Source: an uncultured Anaerolineales bacterium
Lineage (GTDB): Bacteria > Chloroflexota > Anaerolineae > CG2-30-64-16
Direction: 5' to 3'
Length of the DNA: 51,962 nt
NCBI GenBank assembly: GCA_964387985.1
Contig: CAYLZG010000009.1
Coordinates: 9,811-61,772, forward strand
The stretch's first letter is position 1. Each line of letters starts with the position of its first letter. The notes under the pieces were generated by a model, which ran no database searches, was not told the DNA's origin, and was given only the letters and a program-made list of their open reading frames with translations. A program made the translations under genes and the position numbers. Of the stretch, positions 1-11,058 are shown one piece after another.

Positions 1-723
1 GACCGTGGTGGCGAACCGGTACACCTCCCGGCCGTTCATCTTGATGAAGTGCCCGCCGTTGCTCACGGTCTCCAGGCTTGCCGGCTGGCGGCTGCCCCCC
101 GCGGGGAGAATCAGGAGGTCACCGCCCGAGCCGTCGCTGCCCAACTCAGTTGCGAGTACGCCGCATCGCGCATCGCTGGCGCTGACAACCACCGCGCCTG
201 CGCCATCGCCGAAGAGCACGCACGTGTTACGATCGGTCCAGTCGGTGATGCGGGACAGCGTCTCCGCACCGATGAGGAGCACGTGCTCTGCCGTGCCGCT
301 GCGAACCGCAGCAGTCCCCATCGTCAGGGCGTAAATGAAGCCCGAACAGCCCGCGCTCAGATCGAAGGCGCCTGCCGACGCCGCCCCGAGCGCATCCTGG
401 ACCAGGCTTGCCGTGGAGGGAAACACGTACTCCGGCGTGGCAGTTGCAACGATGATCAGATCCAGCTGCGAGGCTCGCAGTCCGGCCTTCAGGAGTGCGT
501 CACGTCCCGCGCGCGCGGCCAGGACCGCGGTTGTCTCACGTTCGCCGGCCACCACATGGCGCTCCTTGATGCCCGTGTGGGAGACGATCCAATCGTCCGT
601 TGTGTCTACAGCACGCGCCAAGGCCTCGTTGGTCAGCACCTTCTCGGGGACACAGCTGGCCCATCCCGTGATCTGTGCGTACCGCGGCGGATGGCTCGTG
701 CCGGCCCCGTTCGCAACCGTCAT
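1..723 (-). CDS. fabH: 3-oxoacyl-ACP synthase III (3' end runs off the window)
   Basis: Manual translation from ATG at 723: MTVANGAGTSHPPRYAQITGWASCVPEKVLTN...DTTDDWIVSHTGIKERH...AFDLSAGCSGFIYAL...DRNTCVLFGDGAGAVV...MNGREVYRFA. These are FabH motifs, including the catalytic Cys in AGCSGF. ATGA overlap with the fabF stop. Absent from the ORF track because no stop lies in the window. Confidence 0.95.
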   Translation of the reverse strand, partial: MTVANGAGTSHPPRYAQITGWASCVPEKVLTNEALARAVDTTDDWIVSHTGIKERHVVAGERETTAVLAARAGRDALLKAGLRASQLDLIIVATATPEYVFPSTASLVQDALGAASAGAFDLSAGCSGFIYALTMGTAAVRSGTAEHVLLIGAETLSRITDWTDRNTCVLFGDGAGAVVVSASDARCGVLATELGSDGSGGDLLILPAGGSRQPASLETVSNGGHFIKMNGREVYRFATTV

Positions 724-1970
724 GCGACCCGCCTCAAAACGACCGTACCGTTGTGCCCGCCAAAGCCGAACGAATTCGACATGGCCACGTCGACCGTCTT
801 GCCCCGCGCGTGATTGGGCACGTAGTCGAGGTCGCACATGGGATCCGGTGTTTCGTAGTTGATGGTTGGCGGCAGGATGCTATCGCGCATGGCCAGGAGA
901 CAGAAAGCTGCTTCGATGGCGCCGGCCGCGCCCATCAGGTGCCCGGTCATGCTCTTGGTCGAGCTGATCGCCACACGGTACGCATCGGCGCCGAACACCG
1001 CCTTGATCGCGCGCGTCTCCCCGGCATCATTCAGGGGTGTGCTGGTGCCGTGTGCGTTGATGTAGTCGACCTGTGACGGATGGATGCCGGCATCTTCGAG
1101 GGCCATCTGCATGCACTCCGCAGCGCCCACCCCATCCTCCGCCGGTGCGGTGATATGATAAGCATCCGCGGTGATGCCATATCCGACAAGCTCGCCGTAG
1201 ATGTGAGCCCCGCGAGCCTGCGCTCGATCCAGCCGCTCCAGCACGACGATCCCGGCTCCTTCACCGACCACAAAACCATCCCGGTCCCTGTCGAATGGCC
1301 GGCTGGCGCGTTCCGGCTCATCGTTGCGGCTGCTGAGCGCCTGCATGTTCTCGAATCCTGCCACGGCCATTTCTACGACCGCTGCCTCAGACCCGCCCGC
1401 GATCATCAGATCTGCATGGCCCCGGCGGATCATCTCCGCGGCTTCTCCAAGAGCATGCGTGCCCGTTGCGCAGGCAGTTGATACGGCCAGGTTCGGCCCC
1501 CGCGCGCCGATCATGATGCTGATATGGGCCGAGGCGCTGTTCAGCATCAGTGCGGGCACGGCAAAGGGACTGACGCGGCGCGGGCCGCGCTCCACGATAA
1601 CCATCTGGTTCTCCAACAGCGCATGAACGCCGCCGATGCCTGAACCCACTACGACCCCAACGCGCTGCGGACCCCATTCTTCCATCTTGAACTGCGCATC
1701 CGCCAGCGCTTCCTGGGTGGCCGCAACGGCAAAGTGCAGGAATCGATCCATTCGACGCGCGGTCGGTTTGTCCATGTAGCGGGTCGGGTCGAAGTCCTTC
1801 ACTTCGGCGGCGATATGGGTCTTGAATGCGGAATGGTCGAACTGGGTCAACGGTCCTACGCCCGAGCGGCCGGCCAGAAGTGCGGCCCAAGTGGTGGGAA
1901 CATCGTTGCCGACCGGGGTCACGAGGCCCAGGCCGGTGGCAACCACGCGCTGGGAATCTGGTCGAGTCAA
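720..1970 (-). CDS. fabF: 3-oxoacyl-ACP synthase II
   Basis: RVVATGLGLVTPVG, STACATG (catalytic Cys), YINAHGTST, SSTKSMTGHLMGAAG and SNSFGFGGHN motifs. AGGAGG precedes the TTG start. Confidence 0.97.
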   Translation of the reverse strand: MTRPDSQRVVATGLGLVTPVGNDVPTTWAALLAGRSGVGPLTQFDHSAFKTHIAAEVKDFDPTRYMDKPTARRMDRFLHFAVAATQEALADAQFKMEEWGPQRVGVVVGSGIGGVHALLENQMVIVERGPRRVSPFAVPALMLNSASAHISIMIGARGPNLAVSTACATGTHALGEAAEMIRRGHADLMIAGGSEAAVVEMAVAGFENMQALSSRNDEPERASRPFDRDRDGFVVGEGAGIVVLERLDRAQARGAHIYGELVGYGITADAYHITAPAEDGVGAAECMQMALEDAGIHPSQVDYINAHGTSTPLNDAGETRAIKAVFGADAYRVAISSTKSMTGHLMGAAGAIEAAFCLLAMRDSILPPTINYETPDPMCDLDYVPNHARGKTVDVAMSNSFGFGGHNGTVVLRRVA

Positions 1971-2135
1971 AGGAACCTCCTGAACAACGGCTGCTCAATT
2001 TGGAGGAGAAGTGCTTCCTCGCAGCAGCCAATGCAATTAACACGACAGGCAAAAAAAGGACGCGGCCACTAACATTTGCGCCGTGGACCTCTTTGCCGTA
2101 CCATAGGTTGCGATGTTCTATCGCGAGGTGATCTG

Positions 2136-2996
2136 ATGAAGATCGTCAAAGCCGTAATCACTGCAGCCGGTCCCCGGCAGCGCACCCTGCCCCTGCAAAC
2201 GGTGGTTGACCGTGACGGAGTGCAGAAATCGGTGCTGCGCATCGTGCTCGAAGAGGCCCAGCGAGCAGGCGTAGAGGATATTTGCGTTGTTGTCAGTCCC
2301 GAGGATGAGATGCCCTATGCCAGGGCAGCGGGCAACACTGCCGCGCGCCTGACCTTCGTGACGCAACCTGAACCCCGGGGGTACGGCGACGCCATCCTCT
2401 GTGCGCGGCCGTTCACCGGCGACGAGCCCTTCCTGCACCTCGTCGGCGATCATCTCTGGGTCAGCGCGGGACGCGAGGGTTGTGCGCAGCAGCTGGTAGA
2501 GGTTGCCGAGCAGGAAGAGTGCGCGGTCAGCGCGGTGCAGGCATCGCGCGAGACTCTTCTGCCCTACTTCGGCACGGTCGGCGGCAGGCGGCTGGCTGGC
2601 CGGCACGATCTCTATCTCGTCGAAGACGTCATGGAGAAGCCGACGCCGACCGAGGCCGAGCAGCGCCTGCTCGTGCCTGGGCTGCGAGCCGGACACTACC
2701 TTTGTTTCTTCGGTTTGCACGTCCTCACGCCGGGAGTCATGGAGATCCTGGCAGACCTGGTCGCCCAGGGCCGGGGCGCCGTGACGCTGTCCCAGGCGCT
2801 GGCCCTGCTGGCGGGGCGTGAACGTTACCTCGCATTGGAGCGACCCTGGTTCCGCTATGACGTGGGCGTGCAGTACGGTCTCCTCATAGCGCAACTGGCG
2901 CTGGCCCTCTCCGGCCGCGACCGCGACCTCGTGCTCACACAGCTTCTCGAACTGCTGGCGCACCGCGAGTTACGGGCTGGTCAGGAGGCAGCGTGA
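2136..2996 (+). CDS. GalU-like sugar-1-phosphate nucleotidyltransferase with an atypical signature loop
   Basis: KAVITAAG...[11 protein letters not shown]...EPFLHLVGD...MEKP...YDVG match the NTP-transferase fold. The start was moved to ATG 2136 (GAGGTG RBS). The usual GLGTR loop reads GPRQR. Confidence 0.8.
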   Translation: MKIVKAVITAAGPRQRTLPLQTVVDRDGVQKSVLRIVLEEAQRAGVEDICVVVSPEDEMPYARAAGNTAARLTFVTQPEPRGYGDAILCARPFTGDEPFLHLVGDHLWVSAGREGCAQQLVEVAEQEECAVSAVQASRETLLPYFGTVGGRRLAGRHDLYLVEDVMEKPTPTEAEQRLLVPGLRAGHYLCFFGLHVLTPGVMEILADLVAQGRGAVTLSQALALLAGRERYLALERPWFRYDVGVQYGLLIAQLALALSGRDRDLVLTQLLELLAHRELRAGQEAA

Positions 2997-5900
2997 CCGG
3001 GCGCCTCGTCTCGATCATCACATCCGCCGATCCCAATGTGCGCGACCAGTCCGTCGATGCATGGGCTCGCGCGGCCGGGCTCGAGGATCTGCTGCATGAG
3101 TGTGCGGACCTGGAAGCATTTCGCAAACAGAGCACGAACCTCTACGAGCGCGTTCGCGCCCTGTTCTTCCTGTATGACATTCACCGCTTCCACCTGCCGC
3201 AAAAGGCCGGCGTCAGGCAACTGGGGTTCGTACCCTTCGACGGCTACAGCTACCTGCTGAAGCGCCGGTTCGAGGAAGCCATCGAGATTTTTCTGCGCGC
3301 ACAGAACACCCAGGGACCCAACCAATCCGTTTCCAGCGCTTTGGCCGCAGCGTACCATCGCCTGGGGTTCCAGACGCTTGCCGACCAGGTCCGCCACAGC
3401 GTGCGCTCGGTGCGCGGAAACCAGTGGATGTTCCGCATCGGCCATCCGGTCGATCAGCCGCTGCGCATCCGGCCCGAGCTTCTGGCGCGCGCGACCTCCG
3501 ATGCGCCCTATCCCATCCTGCGCGAAACCACACCCGTGCGCATGGACCTGTCACACAGCGCGTGGAGCGACATTTTCTTCCTCGGCATGGACTTTCCCGA
3601 GGGCGCGCGCGTCCTCAATATCTCGATCGACCTGGCCGTGCGCGGCCGCGATGATGAGCCGCGCCCCCCGGTGGAAGCCTATCTTCGCGTCATTGACGAG
3701 CCGGTGTTGCGCCTTGCCAGTGTAGACCTGGCCGCGCGCGCGGACATCACCAGCCTGGCGGAGGTGTTCGATTTTGCGCGCGATTACCTCGGGCTGCTCA
3801 AGGCCGCGCTGATCGCCTCGGGCCTCGTCCCCCCCGGGGTAGAGGGCTCCGAAGAGCGCCTGTCCGAACTCCTTGCGCGCCTGGTGGGACAGGGCCGCGG
3901 CATCGAGTTGGTCAGCAATGTCAGAGGCATCCCCAAGGGATCTCGCCTGGCCGTTTCTACCAACCTGCTCGCCTGCCTGATCGCGTGTTGCATGCGCGCC
4001 ACCGGTCAGGCTCGCTCTCTCACAGGGCAGCTGGCCGAGCACGAGCGCCGGCTGGTGGCTGCCCGGGCCATCCTGGGCGAGTGGCTGGCCGGGTCAGGTG
4101 GCGGCTGGCAGGATTCAGGCGGCGTCTGGCCGGGCGTCAAGTTGATCACGGGCGTGCTGTCCGGCGTTGATGATCCTGAATACGGCATCAGCAGGGGACG
4201 GCTCTTGCCCGGTCACCGGATCTTCGGCGTGGACGAAGTGCCGGGGGAAACCCGGCAGGCGCTACAGGACAGCCTGGTGCTCGTCCATGGGGGAATGGCA
4301 CAGAACGTCGGTCCAATCCTGGAAATGGTGACCGAGAAATATTTGCTGCGATCCGAGGCTGAGTGGCTTGGACGCCAGGAGGCCTGCCGGATTCTCGATC
4401 AGGTCGTCGAGGCCCTGCAGGAGGGAGACGTCCGTCGCATCGGCGCGGTCACCACGCGGAACTTCGCCGGACCGCTCCAAACCATCATCCCTTGGGCCAC
4501 GACCCTCTACACCGAACGCTTGATCGAACGGGTGCGGGCAGAATACGGCGAGCGTTTCTGGGGTTTCCTGATGCTGGGTGGCATGTCGGGCGGCGGAATG
4601 GGATTCATCTTTGATCCCTCGGTGCGCACAGCGGCCCAGGGACGTATGCAGGAAATCATGTCTCAGGCCAAGGCCGAGCTCGAACCGGCGCTGCCGTTCG
4701 CCATGGAACCGGTTGTCTACGATTTTGCCGTCAACGAGCGCGGCACTTGGGCCGACATGCTGGATGGAAGCATCGAGCCCGGCACGACGCAGCGCCTTCT
4801 GCCGCTCATGCCGCCGGGCTACTATGCCATGGTCGTGCCTGACCTGGTGCGACTCGATCTGCGGCAACTGCCTGTCTCCCGGCGCGCGGAGCTCGGCCTT
4901 TTCGCTTCGGCTGCGCGCACCTCTCCTGCGCTCACCGGGATGGTGCACACGGTCTTCGACCGGCTTCTGCCATCCTCAGCCCGATCGAATGCCCAGGACA
5001 ATGCCCGAACACTTAATGCGATGCTTGCCGAGCATGGGTTTGACCCGGTGCAGCACGACCAGATCCGGTCGGACCTGCGAGCGGGTCGCCTGGGCCTGGC
5101 GCAAAACCGGCTGCCTGCCAACAGCGATATCAGAGACATCGTACGAGGCGATGTGTTCGACGCGAGCGAGAGCCTGGAGGCCCTGGCACAGTACCGCCCA
5201 GACGGCCTGGAGGCGTTGCGCTCGGGTGCGGTTGCGGTGGTGAGCCTGGCCGGCGGCGTGGGCACCCGCTGGACGCAGGGTGCAGGCGTGGTCAAGGCCT
5301 TGCATCCGTTCTGCCGGCTCGGCGGGCAGCATCGCTCGTTCATCGAAGTTCATCTGGCGAAAAGCCGGCGCATCGGAAGGATGGCAGGTGCGCGCCTGCA
5401 GCACATCATCACGACCAGCTACCTGCCGCACGACCGGATTGCCGCATACCTGTCCCGAGAGGACAACTACGGCTATGGCAGCCATGTCCATCTGTCGCCG
5501 GGCCGGGCCATCGGCCTGCGCCTGGTTCCCATGGCTCGCGATCTGCGCTTCGCCTGGGAAGAGATGCCCCAGCAACTGCTGGACGAGCAGGCGCAGAAAG
5601 TTCGCGAGAGCCTGCATGCGGCACTGATTTCCTGGGCGCAAGGGATGGGCGAGGGCAGCGACTACACGGACAACCTGCCGCAGCAGTGTCTCCATCCGGT
5701 GGGCCACTGGTACGAAGTGCCGAATATGCTCAAGAACGGGTTGCTGGCCCGCTTGTTGGAGGCGCAGCCAGGTCTGCACTACCTGATGGTCCACAACATC
5801 GACGCACTGGGCACAGACGTCGATCCGGCGGTGTTGGGATGGGTCATGCACAGCGGAGGCGCATTCACGGCCGAAGTGATCACGCGCAGCATCGAAGACC

Positions 5901-6379
5901 GCGGAGGAGGCCTGGCGCGCGTCGATGGACGCCTGCGACTGCTCGAGGGGCTGGCAATGCCGCGCGAAGAGGATGAGTTCAGCCTCTCCTACTACAACTC
6001 AAACACGAGCTGGCTGCACATCGACCGGGTGCTGGACATCTTCGGGCTCACACGCGAAATGGTCCTTGCCGCCAACGCAGGCGACGGCGCCGCGGAAGGC
6101 AGGATCACTGCGGGCATCCGTCACGTTGCAGCGCGGATGCCCACCTACATCACCCTGAAGGATGTGAAGAAGCGTTGGGGGCACGGGCAGGAGGACGTCT
6201 TCCCGGTTGCCCAGTTCGAAAAACTGTGGGGCGACATGACAGCCCTGCCAGAACTGGCGTGTCGCTTCCTCGCCGTGCCACGGATGCGGGGCCAAAACCT
6301 GAAGGATCAGGCACAACTCGACGGTTGGCTGCGCGATGGGTCAGCGGCCTATGTGGAGGCGCTCTGCGAGTGGCAATGA
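2993..6379 (+). CDS. Bifunctional GHMP-family sugar kinase / UDP-sugar pyrophosphorylase (UDPGP family) fusion
   Basis: N-terminal half: [33 protein letters not shown] (GHMP, fucokinase-like). C-terminal half: LAGGVGTRW...[35 protein letters not shown] (UDPGP-like). GTGA overlap with the upstream gene. Confidence 0.8.
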   Translation: MTGRLVSIITSADPNVRDQSVDAWARAAGLEDLLHECADLEAFRKQSTNLYERVRALFFLYDIHRFHLPQKAGVRQLGFVPFDGYSYLLKRRFEEAIEIFLRAQNTQGPNQSVSSALAAAYHRLGFQTLADQVRHSVRSVRGNQWMFRIGHPVDQPLRIRPELLARATSDAPYPILRETTPVRMDLSHSAWSDIFFLGMDFPEGARVLNISIDLAVRGRDDEPRPPVEAYLRVIDEPVLRLASVDLAARADITSLAEVFDFARDYLGLLKAALIASGLVPPGVEGSEERLSELLARLVGQGRGIELVSNVRGIPKGSRLAVSTNLLACLIACCMRATGQARSLTGQLAEHERRLVAARAILGEWLAGSGGGWQDSGGVWPGVKLITGVLSGVDDPEYGISRGRLLPGHRIFGVDEVPGETRQALQDSLVLVHGGMAQNVGPILEMVTEKYLLRSEAEWLGRQEACRILDQVVEALQEGDVRRIGAVTTRNFAGPLQTIIPWATTLYTERLIERVRAEYGERFWGFLMLGGMSGGGMGFIFDPSVRTAAQGRMQEIMSQAKAELEPALPFAMEPVVYDFAVNERGTWADMLDGSIEPGTTQRLLPLMPPGYYAMVVPDLVRLDLRQLPVSRRAELGLFASAARTSPALTGMVHTVFDRLLPSSARSNAQDNARTLNAMLAEHGFDPVQHDQIRSDLRAGRLGLAQNRLPANSDIRDIVRGDVFDASESLEALAQYRPDGLEALRSGAVAVVSLAGGVGTRWTQGAGVVKALHPFCRLGGQHRSFIEVHLAKSRRIGRMAGARLQHIITTSYLPHDRIAAYLSREDNYGYGSHVHLSPGRAIGLRLVPMARDLRFAWEEMPQQLLDEQAQKVRESLHAALISWAQGMGEGSDYTDNLPQQCLHPVGHWYEVPNMLKNGLLARLLEAQPGLHYLMVHNIDALGTDVDPAVLGWVMHSGGAFTAEVITRSIEDRGGGLARVDGRLRLLEGLAMPREEDEFSLSYYNSNTSWLHIDRVLDIFGLTREMVLAANAGDGAAEGRITAGIRHVAARMPTYITLKDVKKRWGHGQEDVFPVAQFEKLWGDMTALPELACRFLAVPRMRGQNLKDQAQLDGWLRDGSAAYVEALCEWQ

Positions 6380-6411
6380 GAACAGATTACATGATGGAGA
6401 AATGAACAAAG

Positions 6412-6981
6412 ATGTTCATACTTCTTACGGGACAGGGTGGCCATGGCAAGACCACGGCCTGTTGGAAAGCGCTGCCCGGCCTGCGCAGCAGTGGGATCAA
6501 GCTGGCCGGGTTCATCTCACCGCCCTTGCTCGACGCCGAAGGCCATAAAACCGGCATCGAGATGTTGGATCTTGCTACGGGCGAGCATCATACCTTCGCG
6601 CGCATCGTCGGGCGCGATGAGGGCGCCGACATCGGGATCTACCGGGTGGAGACGGATGCCATCGACTGGGCGCGCGGTGTCCTGGCGAAGGCACTGCTCT
6701 CGGACATGGATCTGCTGGTCATCGACGAAATCGGGCCATTGGAGCTGCATCGCGGGGGCGGCTTCGCGTTTGCGATCGAGCCACTGTCCGACCACGAGCG
6801 CATCCCAAACGCGATCGTCATCGTACGTCAGGAACTGGTAAACGAGCTGGCCGAGCGAATCGGCCGTCCCGATATGGTCCGTGTCATCGTCACCGTGGAC
6901 AACCGCGGCCAGGCTCCTGCGCAGCTTGTGAAGCTGGTGCAGGAGGCACATCGCACCGCGAACGGCTCGCCACAGGAGTGA
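6412..6981 (+). CDS. P-loop NTPase (NTPase_1/THEP1/DUF2478-like)
   Basis: Walker A LTGQGGHGKTT, then AGF, and Walker B LLVIDEIGPLE typical of this family. Confidence 0.85.
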   Translation: MFILLTGQGGHGKTTACWKALPGLRSSGIKLAGFISPPLLDAEGHKTGIEMLDLATGEHHTFARIVGRDEGADIGIYRVETDAIDWARGVLAKALLSDMDLLVIDEIGPLELHRGGGFAFAIEPLSDHERIPNAIVIVRQELVNELAERIGRPDMVRVIVTVDNRGQAPAQLVKLVQEAHRTANGSPQE

Positions 6982-6984
6982 ACC

Positions 6985-7215
6985 ATGCAAAACATCACCC
7001 CCTCCGAGAAATACGGCATTGCCGCGGCGCTTGGGCTGATCGTGATGACCATGCTCAATAACGCGCTCTTGATGCTGGTGCTGTCCGTCGTCGGGCTGAT
7101 CGCCGGCTTCTGGGTCATGCGGCAGGGCGAGGTGCGCAGGGTGGCCTTCGTTGCCTTTGCGGCTCTTGCGCTCGCTGCCGTCTTCGCCGTGATTGGCCTG
7201 GTTCGCGCATCGTGA
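6985..7215 (+). CDS. Small membrane protein, unknown function
   Basis: 76 aa, almost entirely hydrophobic (2-3 TM segments). AGGAG upstream; starts 3 bp after the previous stop. Confidence 0.75.
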   Translation: MQNITPSEKYGIAAALGLIVMTMLNNALLMLVLSVVGLIAGFWVMRQGEVRRVAFVAFAALALAAVFAVIGLVRAS

Positions 7216-7274
7216 CCGCGCATACCGGTCGTGTGCGCGGGCCAGGTTAGCATCTCATCTGAAGCGAGGGCTGA

Positions 7275-8873
7275 ATGAACGAGGGCGAATCTTCTGGCCA
7301 GGGACAAACCCATCCCGCGATCATCGTCATCTTCGGCGCCAGCGGTGACCTGACGCAGCGCAAGCTCGTTCCTTCACTCTACACGCTGTATGTTGAAGGC
7401 CAACTCGGCGATCAGTTCGCGGTCGTCGGTGTGGCTCGCAGCGAGTTGGGTGCGGGCGATTCCGAAGATGGCAACGCAGGATTTCGCGACCACCTGCGCA
7501 CATCGAGCCTCAAGAACGCGCGCGTCGGCGGTGCTGAACCGGCCCGGTGGGACGCATTCGCCCAGCACCTCTACTACTGTCGCGGCGAGTACAATGATCC
7601 GGAGACCTACGTCCGGCTCACGGAACTGCTGGACAATCTTGACGGCGAGCACGGCACCCGGGGCAACCGGCTCTATTATCTCGCCATGCCGCCGCAGCTT
7701 TACCCGGTCGTGGTCGAACAGCTCGGTCACGCAGGGCTGAATCGTGGCCGCGGGTTTGCGCGCATCATCATCGAAAAGCCCTTCGGGCACGATCTGCCAA
7801 GCGCGCAGGACCTGAACCGGCAGGTCCACGAGGTGTTCGACGAGAGCCAGGTCTACCGCATCGATCACTACCTGGGCAAGGAAACGGTCCAGAACATCCT
7901 CGCCTTCCGGTTTGCCAACGCGATCTGGGAGCCACTGTGGAATCGCAACTACGTCGATCACGTACAGATCACCGCATCCGAAACGGTAGGCATCGAGGGG
8001 CGAGCGGGCTACTATGAAGGTGCGGGCGTATTGCGCGATGTGTTCCAGAACCACCTCCTTCAGCTCTTGACTCTTGTATGCCTGGAACCTCCCGCAGCAT
8101 TCAACGCCAAATTCCTCCGAGACGAAAAGGTGAAGATCCTGCAGGCTGTGCGCTCCATGAAGCCGGAAGATGTGGTTCACAGCACGGTGAGGGGCCAGTA
8201 TCGGACCTACCGGGACGAAGCGGGCGTTGGCCGCGGGTCGACAACTGCCACGTTTGGCGCGCTCAGTCTCTTCGTCGATAACTGGCGCTGGCAGGGTGTC
8301 CCCTTCTACCTGCGCTCCGGCAAACTGCTGCCTGCCAAGGTGACCGAGATCACCGTGCAGTTCAAGGATGTTCCCCACCGGTTGTTCCCGAACGCGCCGG
8401 CCGGCAATCCGCCGCAAAGCGGCCGGCACAGCGGCGCGCCACACGCGAACTTCCTCAGTCTTTGCATCCAGCCGGACGAGGGCGTCCACCTGCGCATCGA
8501 GACGAAATTGCCTGGGCAGGGAATGCAGATGCGATCGGTCGAGATGGAGTTTCATTTCGGAGACGAGTTCGGATCCGCAGCACTGCCCGATGCTTACGAA
8601 CGGCTCCTTCTCGATGCGGTTGCGGGCGATGCGTCGTTGTTCGCTCGAGCCGACGAGATCGAGCTGAGCTGGCAGATAATCGACCCGATCCAGGCCGGCT
8701 GGGACCGGGGCATCAGCCCGGTCGCAGGCGCGTGGCAGACCATCAGCGCGCCGCCCCTGGAATTCTACGAACAGGGCACCTGGGGCCCGCTGGCCGCGGA
8801 TCAGCTACTGGCACGCGCCGGGCGGCACTGGCGGCTTGGTTGTGCAGAAGATCCGGAACGGGCGGATCGCTGA
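7275..8873 (+). CDS. zwf: Glucose-6-phosphate 1-dehydrogenase
   Basis: [43 protein letters not shown] and DAYERLL motifs. Confidence 0.98.
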   Translation: MNEGESSGQGQTHPAIIVIFGASGDLTQRKLVPSLYTLYVEGQLGDQFAVVGVARSELGAGDSEDGNAGFRDHLRTSSLKNARVGGAEPARWDAFAQHLYYCRGEYNDPETYVRLTELLDNLDGEHGTRGNRLYYLAMPPQLYPVVVEQLGHAGLNRGRGFARIIIEKPFGHDLPSAQDLNRQVHEVFDESQVYRIDHYLGKETVQNILAFRFANAIWEPLWNRNYVDHVQITASETVGIEGRAGYYEGAGVLRDVFQNHLLQLLTLVCLEPPAAFNAKFLRDEKVKILQAVRSMKPEDVVHSTVRGQYRTYRDEAGVGRGSTTATFGALSLFVDNWRWQGVPFYLRSGKLLPAKVTEITVQFKDVPHRLFPNAPAGNPPQSGRHSGAPHANFLSLCIQPDEGVHLRIETKLPGQGMQMRSVEMEFHFGDEFGSAALPDAYERLLLDAVAGDASLFARADEIELSWQIIDPIQAGWDRGISPVAGAWQTISAPPLEFYEQGTWGPLAADQLLARAGRHWRLGCAEDPERADR

Positions 8874-8890
8874 GTGCCAGGACAAGAGCT

Positions 8891-9664
8891 ATGGAATTGA
8901 TCGTACAGCCTGATATCGAGTCATTGGCGCAAGCAGCGGCCGCGCGCATCGTTACAGCGTCAGCGGCTGCGATCGCGGCTCGCGGGCGATTTACGATCGC
9001 GTTGGCGGGCGGCTCAACGCCGGCAGCCTTGTACCGGCTGCTGGCAGCGCCCTCGCATGTTGACCGGCTCGATTGGCGACACACGGAGATCTTCTTTGGT
9101 GACGAACGGTGTGTGCCGCCCGAGCACGAATGGAGCAATTACGGAATGGCCTTTCGCACCCTGTTGAGCCATGTGCCATTGCCGGCCGATCAGTGCCACC
9201 GTATGGAGGGCGAGCTGCCCCCTGCCGTAGCAGAATCCAACTATGCGCATACCATGGCATGCGCCTTCGATTCAAGGACGGCGCCCTGGCCCCAACTCGA
9301 TATGATACTCCTCGGCATGGGCGAGGATGGCCACACCGCGTCCCTTTTCCCCGGCATGGAGGCCCTGGCGGAGGGCAGCAAGACGGTCGTTGCGACCGAA
9401 GTCCCGGCGTATGTGCGCCCTCAGGTGCCGCGCGTCACCCTGACATTGCCGGTGCTCAATGCCGGCCGCGAAGTGATGTTTCTCCTTGCAGGCCAGGGCA
9501 AGGCCGCAATAGTCAAGCGGGTGCTGGCGGAGACTTCTTCGGAAGGGGGCCAAGTGCAGTTGCTGCCGGCTGCACGAGTGCGGCCCGCACGGGTGCGGCC
9601 TGCGCCTGGCCGGCTCACATGGCTCCTGGATCGAGCAGCAGCGTCGCTGCTGGGGGAGGTTTGA
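8891..9664 (+). CDS. pgl: 6-phosphogluconolactonase
   Basis: ALAGGSTP, FFGDERCVP, LLGMGEDGHTASLFP and RVTLT motifs. True start ATG 8891, just after zwf. Confidence 0.95.
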   Translation: MELIVQPDIESLAQAAAARIVTASAAAIAARGRFTIALAGGSTPAALYRLLAAPSHVDRLDWRHTEIFFGDERCVPPEHEWSNYGMAFRTLLSHVPLPADQCHRMEGELPPAVAESNYAHTMACAFDSRTAPWPQLDMILLGMGEDGHTASLFPGMEALAEGSKTVVATEVPAYVRPQVPRVTLTLPVLNAGREVMFLLAGQGKAAIVKRVLAETSSEGGQVQLLPAARVRPARVRPAPGRLTWLLDRAAASLLGEV

Positions 9665-9667
9665 CGT

Positions 9668-10117
9668 ATGGGCAAGCGCGGCGAGGGTTGGTTTCTGCTT
9701 CAGATGATCCTCTTTGGCGTCATCCTGGTTGCCCCAGCCATCAGCCCCGTGACCTTCCCACCGTGGCTGCAGGGATTGGGCGTCCTCTTGCTGGTGGCAG
9801 GCGGCGTGTTCGGCACGTGGGGGATGGTTGCGCTTGGCCGCAATCTGACGCCGTTTCCGAAGCCCATCGAAGGCGGTGAACTCGTGACCACCGGGCCGTA
9901 CGCCCGCGTGCGCCATCCGATCTACACCGGCCTGATCCTGGGCACGCTCGGCTGGGCGTTGTTCCGCGCCAACCTGATCGGCGTAGCGCTGGCCGCCGCG
10001 CTGTTCATCTTTTTCGATCTGAAATCCCGGCGGGAAGAACGCTGGCTGGCTGAGGCTTACGCAGGTTACGCGGACTACCAACGACGCGTTCGCAAGCTGA
10101 TCCCCTGGATATATTAG
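9668..10117 (+). CDS. Isoprenylcysteine carboxyl methyltransferase / PEMT-family membrane protein
   Basis: LVTTGPYARVRHPIYTG and EERWL...Y.DY..RV.KLIP motifs; hydrophobic. Confidence 0.88.
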   Translation: MGKRGEGWFLLQMILFGVILVAPAISPVTFPPWLQGLGVLLLVAGGVFGTWGMVALGRNLTPFPKPIEGGELVTTGPYARVRHPIYTGLILGTLGWALFRANLIGVALAAALFIFFDLKSRREERWLAEAYAGYADYQRRVRKLIPWIY

Positions 10118-10120
10118 AAA

Positions 10121-10146
10121 GCGGGGCTGATGATCATCAGCCCCGC
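10121..10146. terminator. Perfect 26-bp palindrome between convergent genes, probably a bidirectional terminator
   Basis: GCGGGGCTGATGA/TCATCAGCCCCGC lies between stops at 10117 (+) and 10152 (-). Only short U tracts flank it. Confidence 0.65.
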
Positions 10147-10151
10147 CCCCA

Positions 10152-10889
10152 TTACATCCAGCCCTGCTGCTTCGCGAAGTTCGTCAAGAACGGCAGGTCC
10201 AGGCGCTTGCCGCTGTACGCCTGGAAAGCATAGTACAGCCCCAACGCGTGTGGCACGAGGAAGATGGGCCACAAGCAGATCGCACCGCAACCAGCCGTCA
10301 CCGCAGTCAGAATGGTGAACACCACCCCTGCGATAGCTTCATATGCGATCCCAACCACGTAAAAAAGCAGCGATGTGACCGCATGATGGCGCTGGAACGG
10401 CCGGTCCTTGGTACTGGCCGACAACAACTGGATCACTGACACGATGGGCAGTTGCAGAATGACCATCGACAGCCAGGCCAGCGCTGCCATCAGCCGGTCA
10501 TCGTCGGTCCCTTCGCGTACGGCCGCTCCGCTGCCCTTTGGCGGTTCCTGACCCGTAACGGGTGGGAGAACATCCGCTGCGGGCGGAACGAAGTCCGCTG
10601 CGGGCGGCTCAGCGACCGGCTCCAGGGGTTCGCCGGCCGGTTCCTGCGGCTCCCAGCCAGGTGTTTCAGTCAAAGCTGCTGCCACCGGTTCCTCGGGCGG
10701 CGGCGGCAGGAGCTCATCCTGCAGATCACGTAGTCCCTGGGTGACCGAATCTGCGGTTTCCTCTATCCTGTTCCCGAGCCGGTCCTCGAGTTCCTCAGGC
10801 GCCACCGGCACATCTTCCACCGGCCACGACTCGCGACCTTCTTCGGGTGCGGATTCTGACGGCATATCTTTGCGTTCCTGGTCAGACAT
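10152..10889 (-). CDS. DUF4870-like membrane protein with an acidic, Pro-rich N-terminus
   Basis: DDRLMAALAW...F.RHHA..S...LYYAFQAYSGK..DLPFL pattern. Start moved to ATG 10889 (AAGGAG RBS). Confidence 0.8.
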   Translation of the reverse strand: MSDQERKDMPSESAPEEGRESWPVEDVPVAPEELEDRLGNRIEETADSVTQGLRDLQDELLPPPPEEPVAAALTETPGWEPQEPAGEPLEPVAEPPAADFVPPAADVLPPVTGQEPPKGSGAAVREGTDDDRLMAALAWLSMVILQLPIVSVIQLLSASTKDRPFQRHHAVTSLLFYVVGIAYEAIAGVVFTILTAVTAGCGAICLWPIFLVPHALGLYYAFQAYSGKRLDLPFLTNFAKQQGWM

Positions 10890-11058
10890 CTTTCGTCTCC
10901 TTTGTATCTCTCTACGCAATTCGGGGAGTGAAGTTTCAGGGGGCCGCGGAGGTGGTCAATATGTCTGCTCGATCCGCTATGCAACCCGCCCAGAAGCGAT
11001 ACGTATAGTAAGCTGAGCAGAGTCATTGTGACGCAGACTCACTAAGGAGGGTTTGATT

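Noticed and set aside
9572-9601. 15-bp imperfect tandem duplication in pgl (ARVRP twice)
   Set aside because: An in-frame micro-duplication near the C-terminus with no sign of functional consequence.
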